From positions 1 to 50,647 of the forward strand of contig CANJSG010000004.1 of the NCBI GenBank assembly GCA_947476875.1: DNA of 50,647 bases. The letters run 5' to 3'. This document shows, one piece after another, positions 1 to 8,997 of the stretch; the stretch's first letter is position 1; each line of letters starts with the position of its first letter. Position numbers and translations under genes: made by a program. Source of the stretch: Verrucomicrobiota bacterium. GTDB taxonomy: Bacteria > Verrucomicrobiota > Verrucomicrobiia > Limisphaerales > CANJSG01. The notes under the pieces were generated by a model that made no database searches, was not told the origin of the DNA, and worked only from the letters and a program-made list of their open reading frames with translations.

Positions 1-900
<900 letters not shown>

Positions 901-975
901 TCACGGAATACGAAATACGAAGGACAGGCTCCTGCTGGTCCGCACGTAAGTCGTAAACCTGAAATCGGAAATCAA
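901..975. repeat. Intergenic degenerate heptamer repeats
   Basis: ggaatac-gaaatac, cgtaagt-cgtaaac and gaaatcg-gaaatca, all 7-nt period, between atpD and atpC. Confidence 0.55.
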
Positions 976-1383
976 ATGGCCACGCTGAAACTCGAAATCG
1001 TCACCCCGGAAGCGAAGATCTACTCCGAGGACGTCGACATGGTCACGCTCCCCGGTGTCGAGGGTGAAATGGGCATCTACCCGATGCACATTGCGCTCAT
1101 GACCCAGGTCACCTCCGGCGAGATCGTCGCCCGCAAGGGTGGCCAGGACTACTATCTCGCCGTCGGCGAAGGCTTCGTCGAGATCACCGGCGACCGCGTC
1201 GCCGTGCTGACCGATATGGCCATCAAGGCCGACGACATCGACGAACAGAAGGCGGAGGAAGCCCGCAAGCGCGCCGAAGCCCGCCTCTCCGAGAAGCTGA
1301 GCGACGAGGAATCCGCGACCGTCCAAGCCGCGCTGCTCAATTCGCTGACCCAGCTCAACGTCAAACGCCGCCGCCGCAACTGA
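976..1383 (+). CDS. atpC: F0F1 ATP synthase epsilon subunit
   Basis: LKLEIVTPE...VTLPGVEGEMGIYPMH...GFVEI...DIDE; directly follows atpD. Confidence 0.98.
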   Translation: MATLKLEIVTPEAKIYSEDVDMVTLPGVEGEMGIYPMHIALMTQVTSGEIVARKGGQDYYLAVGEGFVEITGDRVAVLTDMAIKADDIDEQKAEEARKRAEARLSEKLSDEESATVQAALLNSLTQLNVKRRRRN

Positions 1384-1412
1384 GCGCGCTTCCGCTTCCA
1401 AACCAATTCACG

Positions 1413-1442
1413 AAAGGGACGCTGACCGGCGTCCCTTTTTTT
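1413..1442 (+). terminator. Rho-independent terminator of the atp operon
   Basis: aaagggacgc-tgaccg-gcgtcccttt stem-loop ending in a T run. Confidence 0.9.
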
Positions 1443-1468
1443 GTGGCCGCCGACGTGAGGAGGCGGAT
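1443..1468. repeat. Single REP-like arm (gtggccgccgacgtgaggaggcggat)
   Basis: GTGG/GTAG-type 5' end and a short internal palindrome (gcc...ggc) right after the terminator. Only one copy in the window. Confidence 0.35.
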
Positions 1469-1536
1469 CGTTCTCCGCAGATTTCCCTCCCCGGCCGCGC
1501 CGCGCCTTGGTTCTCTTCCTGAAACCACCGCGCGCC

Positions 1537-1959
1537 ATGTCCGACGACCCGATCAAGTCCCGCCGCTTTGTCACCGCGTCCGAGTCCGTCACGGAACAAA
1601 CGCCGTTCACGCTCAACGCCTGGCTCAGCCGTCCCGACATCGTGCCCTGCGGCGAGCTGCTCATGGTCCGCGCCACGATGGCTCCGGGCGACAACCATCC
1701 ATTCCACCACCATCCCACGCGCGAGGAGATCATCTACATCGTCAGCGGACAGGCGGAGCAATGGTGCGGACGCGAGCAGCGCGTGTTGAAGCCCGGCGAA
1801 ATGGTCCTCATCCCCAAGGGCGAGGTCCACGGCACCTACAATCCCTTCCGCGAACCCGTTGTCTTTCTCGCCATCCTTTCCCCGGCGAATGCCGCCGAGC
1901 CGTCCGTCGTCGACGTGTCGATGGAGGCACCTTGGAACACCCTCCGTTCGGCGACATGA
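1537..1959 (+). CDS. Cupin domain protein
   Basis: Metal-binding cupin motifs HPFHHHPTREEIIYIVSG and GEMVLIPKGEVHGTYN. ATG at 1537 preferred over TTG at 1507. Confidence 0.92.
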   Translation: MSDDPIKSRRFVTASESVTEQTPFTLNAWLSRPDIVPCGELLMVRATMAPGDNHPFHHHPTREEIIYIVSGQAEQWCGREQRVLKPGEMVLIPKGEVHGTYNPFREPVVFLAILSPANAAEPSVVDVSMEAPWNTLRSAT

Positions 1960-4043
1960 GATTGAACCTCCAACCGAATGATTCCGCCGCAGCTGAAGCA
2001 TCGGCCCAAATTGTTCTTCGGATTTGGAACTTCCTTCGGCCGCCATGGATTCGTCATTCGGCATTGGCCCTGTCCTTCACTTTGCTCTCCGCTTCGGGCG
2101 CCGACCTCGCTCCACTTCGCTACAACAATCCCGGCCTCGCCGTGGATCTCGGCGTCGGGCTCTGGTCCGTGCCCATTCCGTATGATGCCGATGGCGATGG
2201 CGACTTCGACCTAATCGTCGTCTGCCACGACAAGCCCTACCAAGGCACCTACCTGTTCGAGAACACCTCCGGCGACACGGCGACGAACAAGCTGCCCGTC
2301 TTCAAGGCCGCCCGGCGTCTTGGGAAAGGCTTGGAAAACGCCATGCCGTCCTACGTCGATGGCCGCCTTTGTGTGCTCACGCCGGGTTTCGAGCATCCGG
2401 ACTTCCTCAAGATCGGCCTCGATGCCGGCGTGAAACTGCCGACGGCGTTCAGCGCGCGGACCTCGGCCGAGAACACGAGCAAGAAGCCCTTCAAACTGCG
2501 CGGCTCCCAGTGGCGCTATGTCGATCTCGACGGCGACGGCCGGCTCGATCTCGTCAACGGCGTCGGCGACTGGTCGCAATACGGCTGGGACAACGCCTAC
2601 GACTCGCTTGGTCATTGGACCAACGGCCCGCTTCACGGCTTCGTCTATTGGCTGCGCAACACGAACTCCTCCGCGTCGCCTGCCTACGCCAAGGCCGCGA
2701 TGCTCCACACCACCGATGGCCGACCCATCGACGTCTTCGGAACGGTTTCTCCGAGCTTCGCCGACTTCGATGGCGACGGTGACCTGGACCTGCTTTGCGG
2801 CGAGTTCCTCGATGGCTTCACCTATTTCGAGAATATCGGTTCGCGCACCCAGCCACGATTCGCTCCCGGCCGTCGCGTCAAGATGGCCGATGGAAACCCC
2901 GTGGCGATGGACCTCTGCATGATCGTTCCCGTCGCCTTCGACTGGGACAAGGACGGCGACTTCGACCTCATCGTCGGTGACGAAGATGGCCGCGTCGCCT
3001 TCGTGGAAAACACGGGCAAGCTCGATGCCTCGCACACGCCGATCTTCAAGGCTCCCGTCTACTTCAAACAGGAAGCGGATCAGTTGAAGAGCGGTGCGCT
3101 CGCCACGCCGGTGGTCTTCGATTGGGATGGCGACGGCGACCTCGACATCCTCAGCGGCAATACCGCGGGCTACATCGAATTCTTCGAAAACGTAGGCCGG
3201 ACGTCCCCGCCCGGCCAGAATACCACCTTGCCGGGCGAGGACGCCCGGCCTACGCCGCGATGGGCCGCGCCGAAACGTCTCGAAGCGGGCGGAAAAGTCT
3301 TCCGTATCACGGCCGGAACGAACCGTTCCATCCAGGGACCGGCCGAAGCGAAGTGGGGCTACACCACGTTCACCATCGCCGACTGGGATGGCGACGGCCT
3401 GCCCGACATTGTTCTCAATTCCATCCTCGGCGAAGTGGTCTGGCTGAAGAACGTCGGCTCCCGGAAATCCCCGAGCCTCGCCGCCGCCCAACCGGTCGAG
3501 GTCGAATGGAACTCGCCGCAGCCGAAGCTGGAGTGGGGCTGGTGGACGCCGAGGGGCAAGGCGTTGCTCACCCAGTGGCGCACCACGCCGCTTGCGTATG
3601 ACTTCACCGGCGACGGGCTCGTCGATCTGGCGATGCTGGACCACGAGGGGTTTCTCGTCCTGTTCGAGCGCGCCAAACAGGACGGCAAGCTGATCCTGAA
3701 GCATCCCCAACGCGTCTTCCTGGATGAACAGGGCGCACCGCTTCGTTTGACCGAGAAGACCGCCGGTGGCAGCGGACGCCGCAAACTCGCCGTGACCGAT
3801 TGGGACGGCGACGGACGCTTCGACCTGCTGCTGAATTCCGCCAATGCCAACTTCCTCCGCCAAGTCGACCATCGCGACGGGAAGTGGGTCTTCCGCGACA
3901 TGGGCGCGCTCAGCCCGCGCAACATCGAGGGCCACGATGTCAGTCCCGGCACGGTCGACTTCGACGGAGACGGCGTGCCCGACTTCCTCGGCGGCGCCGA
4001 GGACGGCCGATTCTACCATCTGAAAAACCCGCGCTCAAAATGA
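1956..4043 (+). CDS. Secreted FG-GAP/VCBS-repeat (integrin-like beta-propeller) protein
   Basis: Many DxDGDGxxD repeats (DADGDGDFDL, DLDGDGRLDL, DFDGDGDLDL, DWDGDGLPD). ATGA overlap with the cupin stop. Hydrophobic signal ALALSFTLLSASGA. Confidence 0.9.
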   Translation: MRLNLQPNDSAAAEASAQIVLRIWNFLRPPWIRHSALALSFTLLSASGADLAPLRYNNPGLAVDLGVGLWSVPIPYDADGDGDFDLIVVCHDKPYQGTYLFENTSGDTATNKLPVFKAARRLGKGLENAMPSYVDGRLCVLTPGFEHPDFLKIGLDAGVKLPTAFSARTSAENTSKKPFKLRGSQWRYVDLDGDGRLDLVNGVGDWSQYGWDNAYDSLGHWTNGPLHGFVYWLRNTNSSASPAYAKAAMLHTTDGRPIDVFGTVSPSFADFDGDGDLDLLCGEFLDGFTYFENIGSRTQPRFAPGRRVKMADGNPVAMDLCMIVPVAFDWDKDGDFDLIVGDEDGRVAFVENTGKLDASHTPIFKAPVYFKQEADQLKSGALATPVVFDWDGDGDLDILSGNTAGYIEFFENVGRTSPPGQNTTLPGEDARPTPRWAAPKRLEAGGKVFRITAGTNRSIQGPAEAKWGYTTFTIADWDGDGLPDIVLNSILGEVVWLKNVGSRKSPSLAAAQPVEVEWNSPQPKLEWGWWTPRGKALLTQWRTTPLAYDFTGDGLVDLAMLDHEGFLVLFERAKQDGKLILKHPQRVFLDEQGAPLRLTEKTAGGSGRRKLAVTDWDGDGRFDLLLNSANANFLRQVDHRDGKWVFRDMGALSPRNIEGHDVSPGTVDFDGDGVPDFLGGAEDGRFYHLKNPRSK
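3191..3254. repeat. GTAG-family REP doublet (REPIN-like) in frame inside the FG-GAP gene
   Basis: cGTAGgccggacgtccccgcccggc (3191-3215) and gccgggcgaggacgcccggcCTACg (3230-3254) are inverted repeats with 23/25 match. Translates to VGRTSPPGQNTTLPGEDARPT. Confidence 0.85.
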
Positions 4044-5128
4044 AGCTCCCCATCGCCGTCCTGCTCGTCGCCAGTTCCCTTTCGCTCTTCGCCGCCGACC
4101 TCGCGTCGCAGCCCGGGCTGGTGAAGTCGGAGTTCATCTATGAGGCCGCGCCGTTTCCCGAGTGCCATGCGTCGACGATCGTGGAAACGAAAGCCGGCCT
4201 CGTCTCCGCCTGGTTTGGTGGAACGCGTGAAAAGAATCCCGACGTCGGCATCTGGGTGTCGCGGTTCATCGGTGGCAAATGGACCTCGCCCGTCGAGGTC
4301 GCCAACGGCGTGCAGTCGCCCACCAAACGCGTGCCGACGTGGAACCCCGTTCTCTTCCAGCCGAAACAGGGTCCGTTGCTCTTGTTCTTCAAAGTGGGGC
4401 CGAGCCCGCAGACTTGGTGGGGCGAAGTCGTCGAGTCCGACGACGGCGGCGTCACTTGGAAGAACCGCCGCCGCCTGCCGGACGGAATCTTGGGTCCGAT
4501 CAAGAACAAGCCCGTCCAGCTTTCTGACGGCACGATCCTTTCGCCCACGAGCAATGAGGATCCGGAGACCGACGCGTGGCGCGTCTACTTCGAGCGCAGC
4601 ACCGACAACGGCCGCACTTGGACGGCGACGCCTTTCGTGAATGACGGAAAAACCATCGGCGCGATCCAGCCGAGCATGCTGTTTCATCCGGATGGTCGAC
4701 TTCAGGCGATCGGCCGTTCGCGGCAGAATCGGATCTTCGACGTCAGCTCCTCCGACGGCGGCAAGACCTGGGGAACGATGACGCTCGGGGCGCTGCCGAA
4801 TCCGAACTCCGGCACCGACGCGCTCACGCTCAAGGACGGACGCCATCTCATCGTCTACAACCACGTCCCCGGCCTGCCCGGGCAATGGGGTGGAAAAAGG
4901 TCGCCGCTCAACGTCGCCGTCAGCCGTGATGGCAGGACATGGGATGCGGCCCTCGTGTTGGAAGAGGAGCCGAACATGGAGTTCAGCTATCCGGCCGTCA
5001 TCCAGTCGGCCGACGGGCTCGTGCAGATCACCTACACGTGGAAACGCCGGCGCGTGAAACATGCGGTGGTCGATCCGGGCAAGCTCGTCACGCATCCGAT
5101 GGCCGAAGGCGCGTGGCCTTCGAAGTAG
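4040..5128 (+). CDS. Secreted BNR/Asp-box sialidase-like protein
   Basis: Signal peptide MKLPIAVLLVASSLSLFA; CHASTI; Asp-boxes SDDGGVTW, STDNGRTW, SSDGGKTW, SRDGRTW; C-terminal FSYP. ATGA overlap with the upstream gene. Confidence 0.9.
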   Translation: MKLPIAVLLVASSLSLFAADLASQPGLVKSEFIYEAAPFPECHASTIVETKAGLVSAWFGGTREKNPDVGIWVSRFIGGKWTSPVEVANGVQSPTKRVPTWNPVLFQPKQGPLLLFFKVGPSPQTWWGEVVESDDGGVTWKNRRRLPDGILGPIKNKPVQLSDGTILSPTSNEDPETDAWRVYFERSTDNGRTWTATPFVNDGKTIGAIQPSMLFHPDGRLQAIGRSRQNRIFDVSSSDGGKTWGTMTLGALPNPNSGTDALTLKDGRHLIVYNHVPGLPGQWGGKRSPLNVAVSRDGRTWDAALVLEEEPNMEFSYPAVIQSADGLVQITYTWKRRRVKHAVVDPGKLVTHPMAEGAWPSK

Positions 5129-5209
5129 CAGGGAGCAGACGGTGCACGGAACATGGCTCCGCCAGATTCTCAGTTCCCCTCGTTGGCTTCGTTCCCTAGT
5201 CTGGCGGCG

Positions 5210-7006
5210 ATGTCGCTTTGGCGTCGGATCTCCCAGTTCTACAAACCCGAAAGCCCCCGTTTGGCGGGTGTATTCCTGCTGCTCGTGGCCGGAATCGGCG
5301 CGAACCTCCTCAAGCCCTGGCCGGTCGCGCTGCTGATCGATTCCGTGCTCGATTCCAAGCCGCTGCCGGCTTGGTTGCACGCGGCCTCGGGGTGGACGCC
5401 CGCTGCGTCGGTATTCGCGCTGGCGGTCGCGGCCTTCTGCCTCTACGTGCTGCACGGGTCCATCGACGCGGCCCAGAACTACGCCGCCATCGGCATCGGC
5501 CTGCGCGGGCTCATGCGGGCCCGCAACGCCGTCTTTGCCTGCCTCCAGCGGCTCTCGATGAAGTTTCATCACGGAACAAAGACCGGAGACCTGATCTACC
5601 GCGCCTCGTGGGACACGTATTCGGTGCAGACGCTCTTCCAGCAGGGCGCGCTCACGATGCTGAAGGCCGGCCTGACGCTGGTGGGTATGACCGCCTTCAT
5701 GCTGGCGCTCAATTGGCGCCTGACGCTGGTAGCCTTGGCCATCGTTCCGCTCCTCGTCGCGGCCATCCGCTTCTTCGGCCGCAAGATGACCGAGCGCGGC
5801 CTGGCGGCGCAGCAGGCCGACAGCGCGGTGACGACGCACGTGCAGCAGACGGTGACGGCGCTGCCGTTGATCCAGAGCTACACACGGGAAGACTACGAGC
5901 TGGGCCAGTTCTCCGCACAGACGGAAGACGCCCAGCAGAAGCGCCTCAAACAGCACGCGTGGGAGTTGATCTACTGGCTTGTGATCGGCGGCATTTTTGG
6001 GCTGGGTGCGGCGCTGATCATCTGGGTCGGTGGCCTCGAAGTGCTCGCCGGCAAGCTGACCAAGGGCGACCTCTTCATCTTCCTCAGCTACCTCGGCCAG
6101 CTCTACGACCCGCTCAACCAGCTCTCGCATGTCGGTGCGACCGTCTCCAGCGCCACCGCCGCGGCTGGGCGCGTGCTCGAGCTTCTCGACGCCCCCGAAG
6201 ATGTGAAGGACGCGCCCAACGCACGCGCCGTGGTTCGTGGGTCGAAGTCGAGCATCGCCGGGTCGCTGGCTGTCACGGGTGCCATCACCTTCGACGACGT
6301 CCACTTCGGCTATTCCTCGGACCGCGAGATTCTCAAGGGCCTGACGTTCGAGCTGAAGGCCGGCGAATCCGCCGCGGTTATCGGCCCCAGCGGCGTCGGC
6401 AAGACGACGTTGATGAACCTGCTGCCGCGCTTCTACGATCCGGTATCAGGGACAGTGCGGCTGGATGGCGCGGATCTGAGGCAACTCAAGTTGCGGGATC
6501 TCCGTTCGCAGATCGCCGTCGTGTTGCAGGAGCCGATCCTTTTGCCGACGACCATCGCTGAAAACATCGCCTACGGCCGGCCCAACGCCTCGCGCGAGGA
6601 GATCGAGAACGCGGCGCGCTCCGCGAACGCCGACGTCTTCATCCGCCGCCTGCCGCAGGGTTACGACACGCAGGTGGGCGACGGGGCCGCGCGTCTTTCC
6701 GTCGGCGAACGGCAGCGGCTGAACCTCGCCCGCGCCTTTCTCAAGGATGCCCCGATCCTGTTGCTGGATGAGCCCACCAGCGCTCTCGACGCCGAGAGCG
6801 AGGAGCTCGTCGTGCGCAGCTTCCACGAACTCATGAAAGGCCGGACCGTGCTGATGGTGGCCCATCGCCTCAGCACGATTCGCCGCGTCGACAAGATCCT
6901 CGTCCTGAACGATGGCCGCCTCGCCGAATGTGGCAACCACGACGAACTCAGCCAGCGCGATGGCTACTACGCCCGGGTCACGCGCGGGCAGATCGCGCTG
7001 GAATAG
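5210..7006 (+). CDS. ABC exporter, fused permease/ATPase (MsbA-like)
   Basis: N-terminal TM helices; Walker A GPSGVGKT, signature LSVGERQR, Walker B LLLDEPTSALD, H-loop VAHRLS. Start is 5210 or 5153. Confidence 0.95.
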   Translation: MSLWRRISQFYKPESPRLAGVFLLLVAGIGANLLKPWPVALLIDSVLDSKPLPAWLHAASGWTPAASVFALAVAAFCLYVLHGSIDAAQNYAAIGIGLRGLMRARNAVFACLQRLSMKFHHGTKTGDLIYRASWDTYSVQTLFQQGALTMLKAGLTLVGMTAFMLALNWRLTLVALAIVPLLVAAIRFFGRKMTERGLAAQQADSAVTTHVQQTVTALPLIQSYTREDYELGQFSAQTEDAQQKRLKQHAWELIYWLVIGGIFGLGAALIIWVGGLEVLAGKLTKGDLFIFLSYLGQLYDPLNQLSHVGATVSSATAAAGRVLELLDAPEDVKDAPNARAVVRGSKSSIAGSLAVTGAITFDDVHFGYSSDREILKGLTFELKAGESAAVIGPSGVGKTTLMNLLPRFYDPVSGTVRLDGADLRQLKLRDLRSQIAVVLQEPILLPTTIAENIAYGRPNASREEIENAARSANADVFIRRLPQGYDTQVGDGAARLSVGERQRLNLARAFLKDAPILLLDEPTSALDAESEELVVRSFHELMKGRTVLMVAHRLSTIRRVDKILVLNDGRLAECGNHDELSQRDGYYARVTRGQIALE

Positions 7007-7050
7007 TCCGGCGAGTAGGCTTCGATGACCCGGCAGTCGGCTTGCAGCGT

Positions 7051-7088
7051 GCGGACGTGGCGAAATGGCAGACGCGCCGGGCCTAGGA
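7051..7088 (+). pseudogene. Truncated 5' half of tRNA-Leu(TAG)
   Basis: GCGGACG-TG-GCG-AAATGGCAGA-CGC-G-CCGGG-CC-TAG-GA gives the acceptor 5' strand, a Leu-type D arm and the anticodon loop. There is no complementary anticodon 3' strand, no T arm and no CCA. The invariant U33 is C. Confidence 0.75.
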
Positions 7089-7209
7089 TTCCATGCCTCC
7101 TCTTTTCACCGGGTTCCAAACGGAGGCGCTTTGAGTCGCAAAATGCCTGTCTCCATTGATCAAAAATAAGTTTTCACGCCGATTGGAAGGGTTCGGCTGA
7201 TGGACGCGC

Positions 7210-7230
7210 AAGTGTAGCAAAAGTGTCGCA
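7210..7230. repeat. 11-bp-period direct repeat resembling tyrosine-integrase arm-type sites
   Basis: aagtgtagca (7210-7219) and aagtgtcgca (7221-7230), about 120 bp downstream of the tRNA half. Confidence 0.45.
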
Positions 7231-7820
7231 TCCAGAAGGAAGGGGAATCCCCGCCCGTTCGTTGTAAACGGCGGTCAAAAACACGGCCGTAACATGTATC
7301 GGCGGCGATACAGCCCCCGCTCGACAACGGCCTTTTTCAAAACCCCTGCCCAAGCGCACCACTTTCTGCGTTTAGCTGGTTGTGAAGACACAGGTTAGCC
7401 TCTGAAGAAACCAGGCACCGAAGCTCTTTGGGAAAAACTCTGCTCGGTTCAGCAACAGGAACAGAGCTTCAGGTTCCCTTTTGGAAGTTCCTCCTGCCTG
7501 CTGGATTCGATTACAGAAGGGCCTCCGTGAACCGCTGATGGCGGCCGTCGAACCGCAGCGACACGTTGCCCGCCTCGCCGTCTCGTTCGATCAATCCGGC
7601 GCAGGTCGGTCCGGGGCCGTTCGCGTTAGCGCGGCTTGGGGAGATGGGGAAGGATCGTCCTCCACTGGGCGTCGCCCAGGTCGGTCGGGAAGCAGGCGTT
7701 CTGCATCGCCCCAACTCCGCTGCCGCGCCGGATTCAAAGCCGTTTCCCGCCGGCCGTTGACAAGCATCCGGCCTCTCTTTACCGCTTGATTTAGAAACGG
7801 ACGGTCTCAAACAGGCTCTT

Positions 7821-8333
7821 ATGAAATGGCGGACGGCTCCAAATCCAATCGGGGAAAACGATGGCGCAGTCCTGCTTCGCCGCATCCGCTTCTGCGTGGC
7901 GGTGGTCATCGTCGGCCTCGTGCTCAGTGGCATCAGCGCGTTTCCGCTGGAGTGGCAGTTGGACGTGGCGGTGAAGCTGACCGGAACCGAAGGCCCGGTG
8001 GGCTCGTGGCTGGAACGCGCCCGGGTCGCCGTGGTTGAGACTAATGCCCGGCATCCGATCATCTTCTACGGAACCGACTGGCTGGCCTTCGGGCATTTCG
8101 CCATCGCCGTGCTTTTCTTCGGGGCGTGGATTGATCCAGTGAAGAACCAGTGGCTCTTCCTCGGCGGCCTGATTGTCTGCGCGTTGGTCATCCCCTTCGC
8201 GCTCATCGCCGGTGGCGTTCGTGGTATTCCCTTGGGGCATCGGCTGGTGGACTGCTCCTTCGGCGTCCTCGGCGCTGTTCCGATGTGGCTCGGCCTGGGT
8301 TGGACGCGACGGCTGGGCGCAGGAGGCTATTGA
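7821..8333 (+). CDS. Uncharacterised multi-pass membrane protein
   Basis: Four hydrophobic segments; conserved-looking motifs GLVLSGISAFPL, YGTDWLAFGH, DPVKN, GVRGIP..HRLVDCSFG. Start uncertain. Confidence 0.75.
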   Translation: MKWRTAPNPIGENDGAVLLRRIRFCVAVVIVGLVLSGISAFPLEWQLDVAVKLTGTEGPVGSWLERARVAVVETNARHPIIFYGTDWLAFGHFAIAVLFFGAWIDPVKNQWLFLGGLIVCALVIPFALIAGGVRGIPLGHRLVDCSFGVLGAVPMWLGLGWTRRLGAGGY

Positions 8334-8345
8334 GCGCGGTGCCGA

Positions 8346-8717
8346 TCAGATTCCGATCGCCTTGGCGTTGCGGGTAAGGTGGCTTTGGATCGAACCGCAG
8401 ACGTGGTGGCAGAGTTCGAAGATGCCGGGATCGGCGATGAAGTAGATCACGCTCAATCCTTCCTTGCGGCGCCCTAAAACGCCCGCCTGGGTCAGGCTTT
8501 GGAGATGGCGCGAGGTGTTGGCCTGGGTCAGCCCCGTGGCGGCCATAAGCTCGGTCACGGATTTCTCACCCTGCTCCAGTGCACGGATCAGCTTCAGGCG
8601 GCTGGGTTCGCCCAGGACACGGAACCGGGCGGCGATCAGCTCCAGGGCCTCGTCCGTCATTTCAACCGGAACAGGTCCGGCCACTTTCTTCTTTGCCACG
8701 GGTCCAGCAGACATCAT
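8346..8717 (-). CDS. ArsR/SmtB-family transcriptional repressor with C-terminal CxxxC
   Basis: FRVLGEPSRLKLI, EKSVTEL, QANTSRHL, RRKEG..VIY wHTH; LCHHVC near the C-terminus. Start is 8717, 8714 or 8660. Confidence 0.93.
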   Translation of the reverse strand: MMSAGPVAKKKVAGPVPVEMTDEALELIAARFRVLGEPSRLKLIRALEQGEKSVTELMAATGLTQANTSRHLQSLTQAGVLGRRKEGLSVIYFIADPGIFELCHHVCGSIQSHLTRNAKAIGI

Positions 8718-8723
8718 TTCGGC

Positions 8724-8750
8724 TTGCGTGTCTATATATGCGCATATACT
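8724..8750. promoter_or_regulatory. Divergent promoter with palindromic ArsR-type operator
   Basis: Perfect 14-bp AT-rich palindrome tatatgcgcatata (8735-8748) overlaps the -10-like tatact (8745-8750). A -35-like ttgcgt lies at 8724, with a short 15-bp spacer. Confidence 0.75.
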
Positions 8751-8759
8751 CATTTAATT

Positions 8760-8981
8760 ATGCCTACTGAAAAAGCCATCCGCGTCCTCGCCGGTGCCAT
8801 GGTCCTCACCAGCCTCGTCCTCGCCCATTACGGTAGTCCGAAATGGCTCCTGCTGACGGCCTTTGTCGGACTAAACCTCATCCAATCCGCCTTCACCGGA
8901 TTCTGTCCGGCCGAGATCGTCCTCACGAAGCTTGGAATCACCCGGGGCGGTTGCTGCGCCCAGTCGAAGACCAGGGACTAA
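8760..8981 (+). CDS. YgaP-like (DUF2892) small membrane protein
   Basis: 73 aa, two TM helices, WLLLTAFVGLNLIQSAFTGFCP motif, C-terminal CC. Confidence 0.9.
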   Translation: MPTEKAIRVLAGAMVLTSLVLAHYGSPKWLLLTAFVGLNLIQSAFTGFCPAEIVLTKLGITRGGCCAQSKTRD

Positions 8982-8997
8982 CGCCCGCCGCGCCGCC

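Noticed and set aside
1443-1955. 5' extension of the 866-aa ORF
   Set aside because: It overlaps the cupin gene in another frame and starts in a REP-like arm; ATG 1956 fits better.
3800-4039. 5' extension of the sialidase-like ORF
   Set aside because: It overlaps the FG-GAP gene; the signal peptide starts at 4040.
7051-7140. Intact or intron-containing tRNA-Leu
   Set aside because: No T arm, acceptor 3' strand or CCA found nearby, and no group I core recognised; kept only as a fragment.
7174-8062. Short ORFs in the gap after the tRNA half (7174-7362, 7481-7789, 7511-8062)
   Set aside because: No recognisable motifs; composition typical of GC-rich non-coding or antisense frames.
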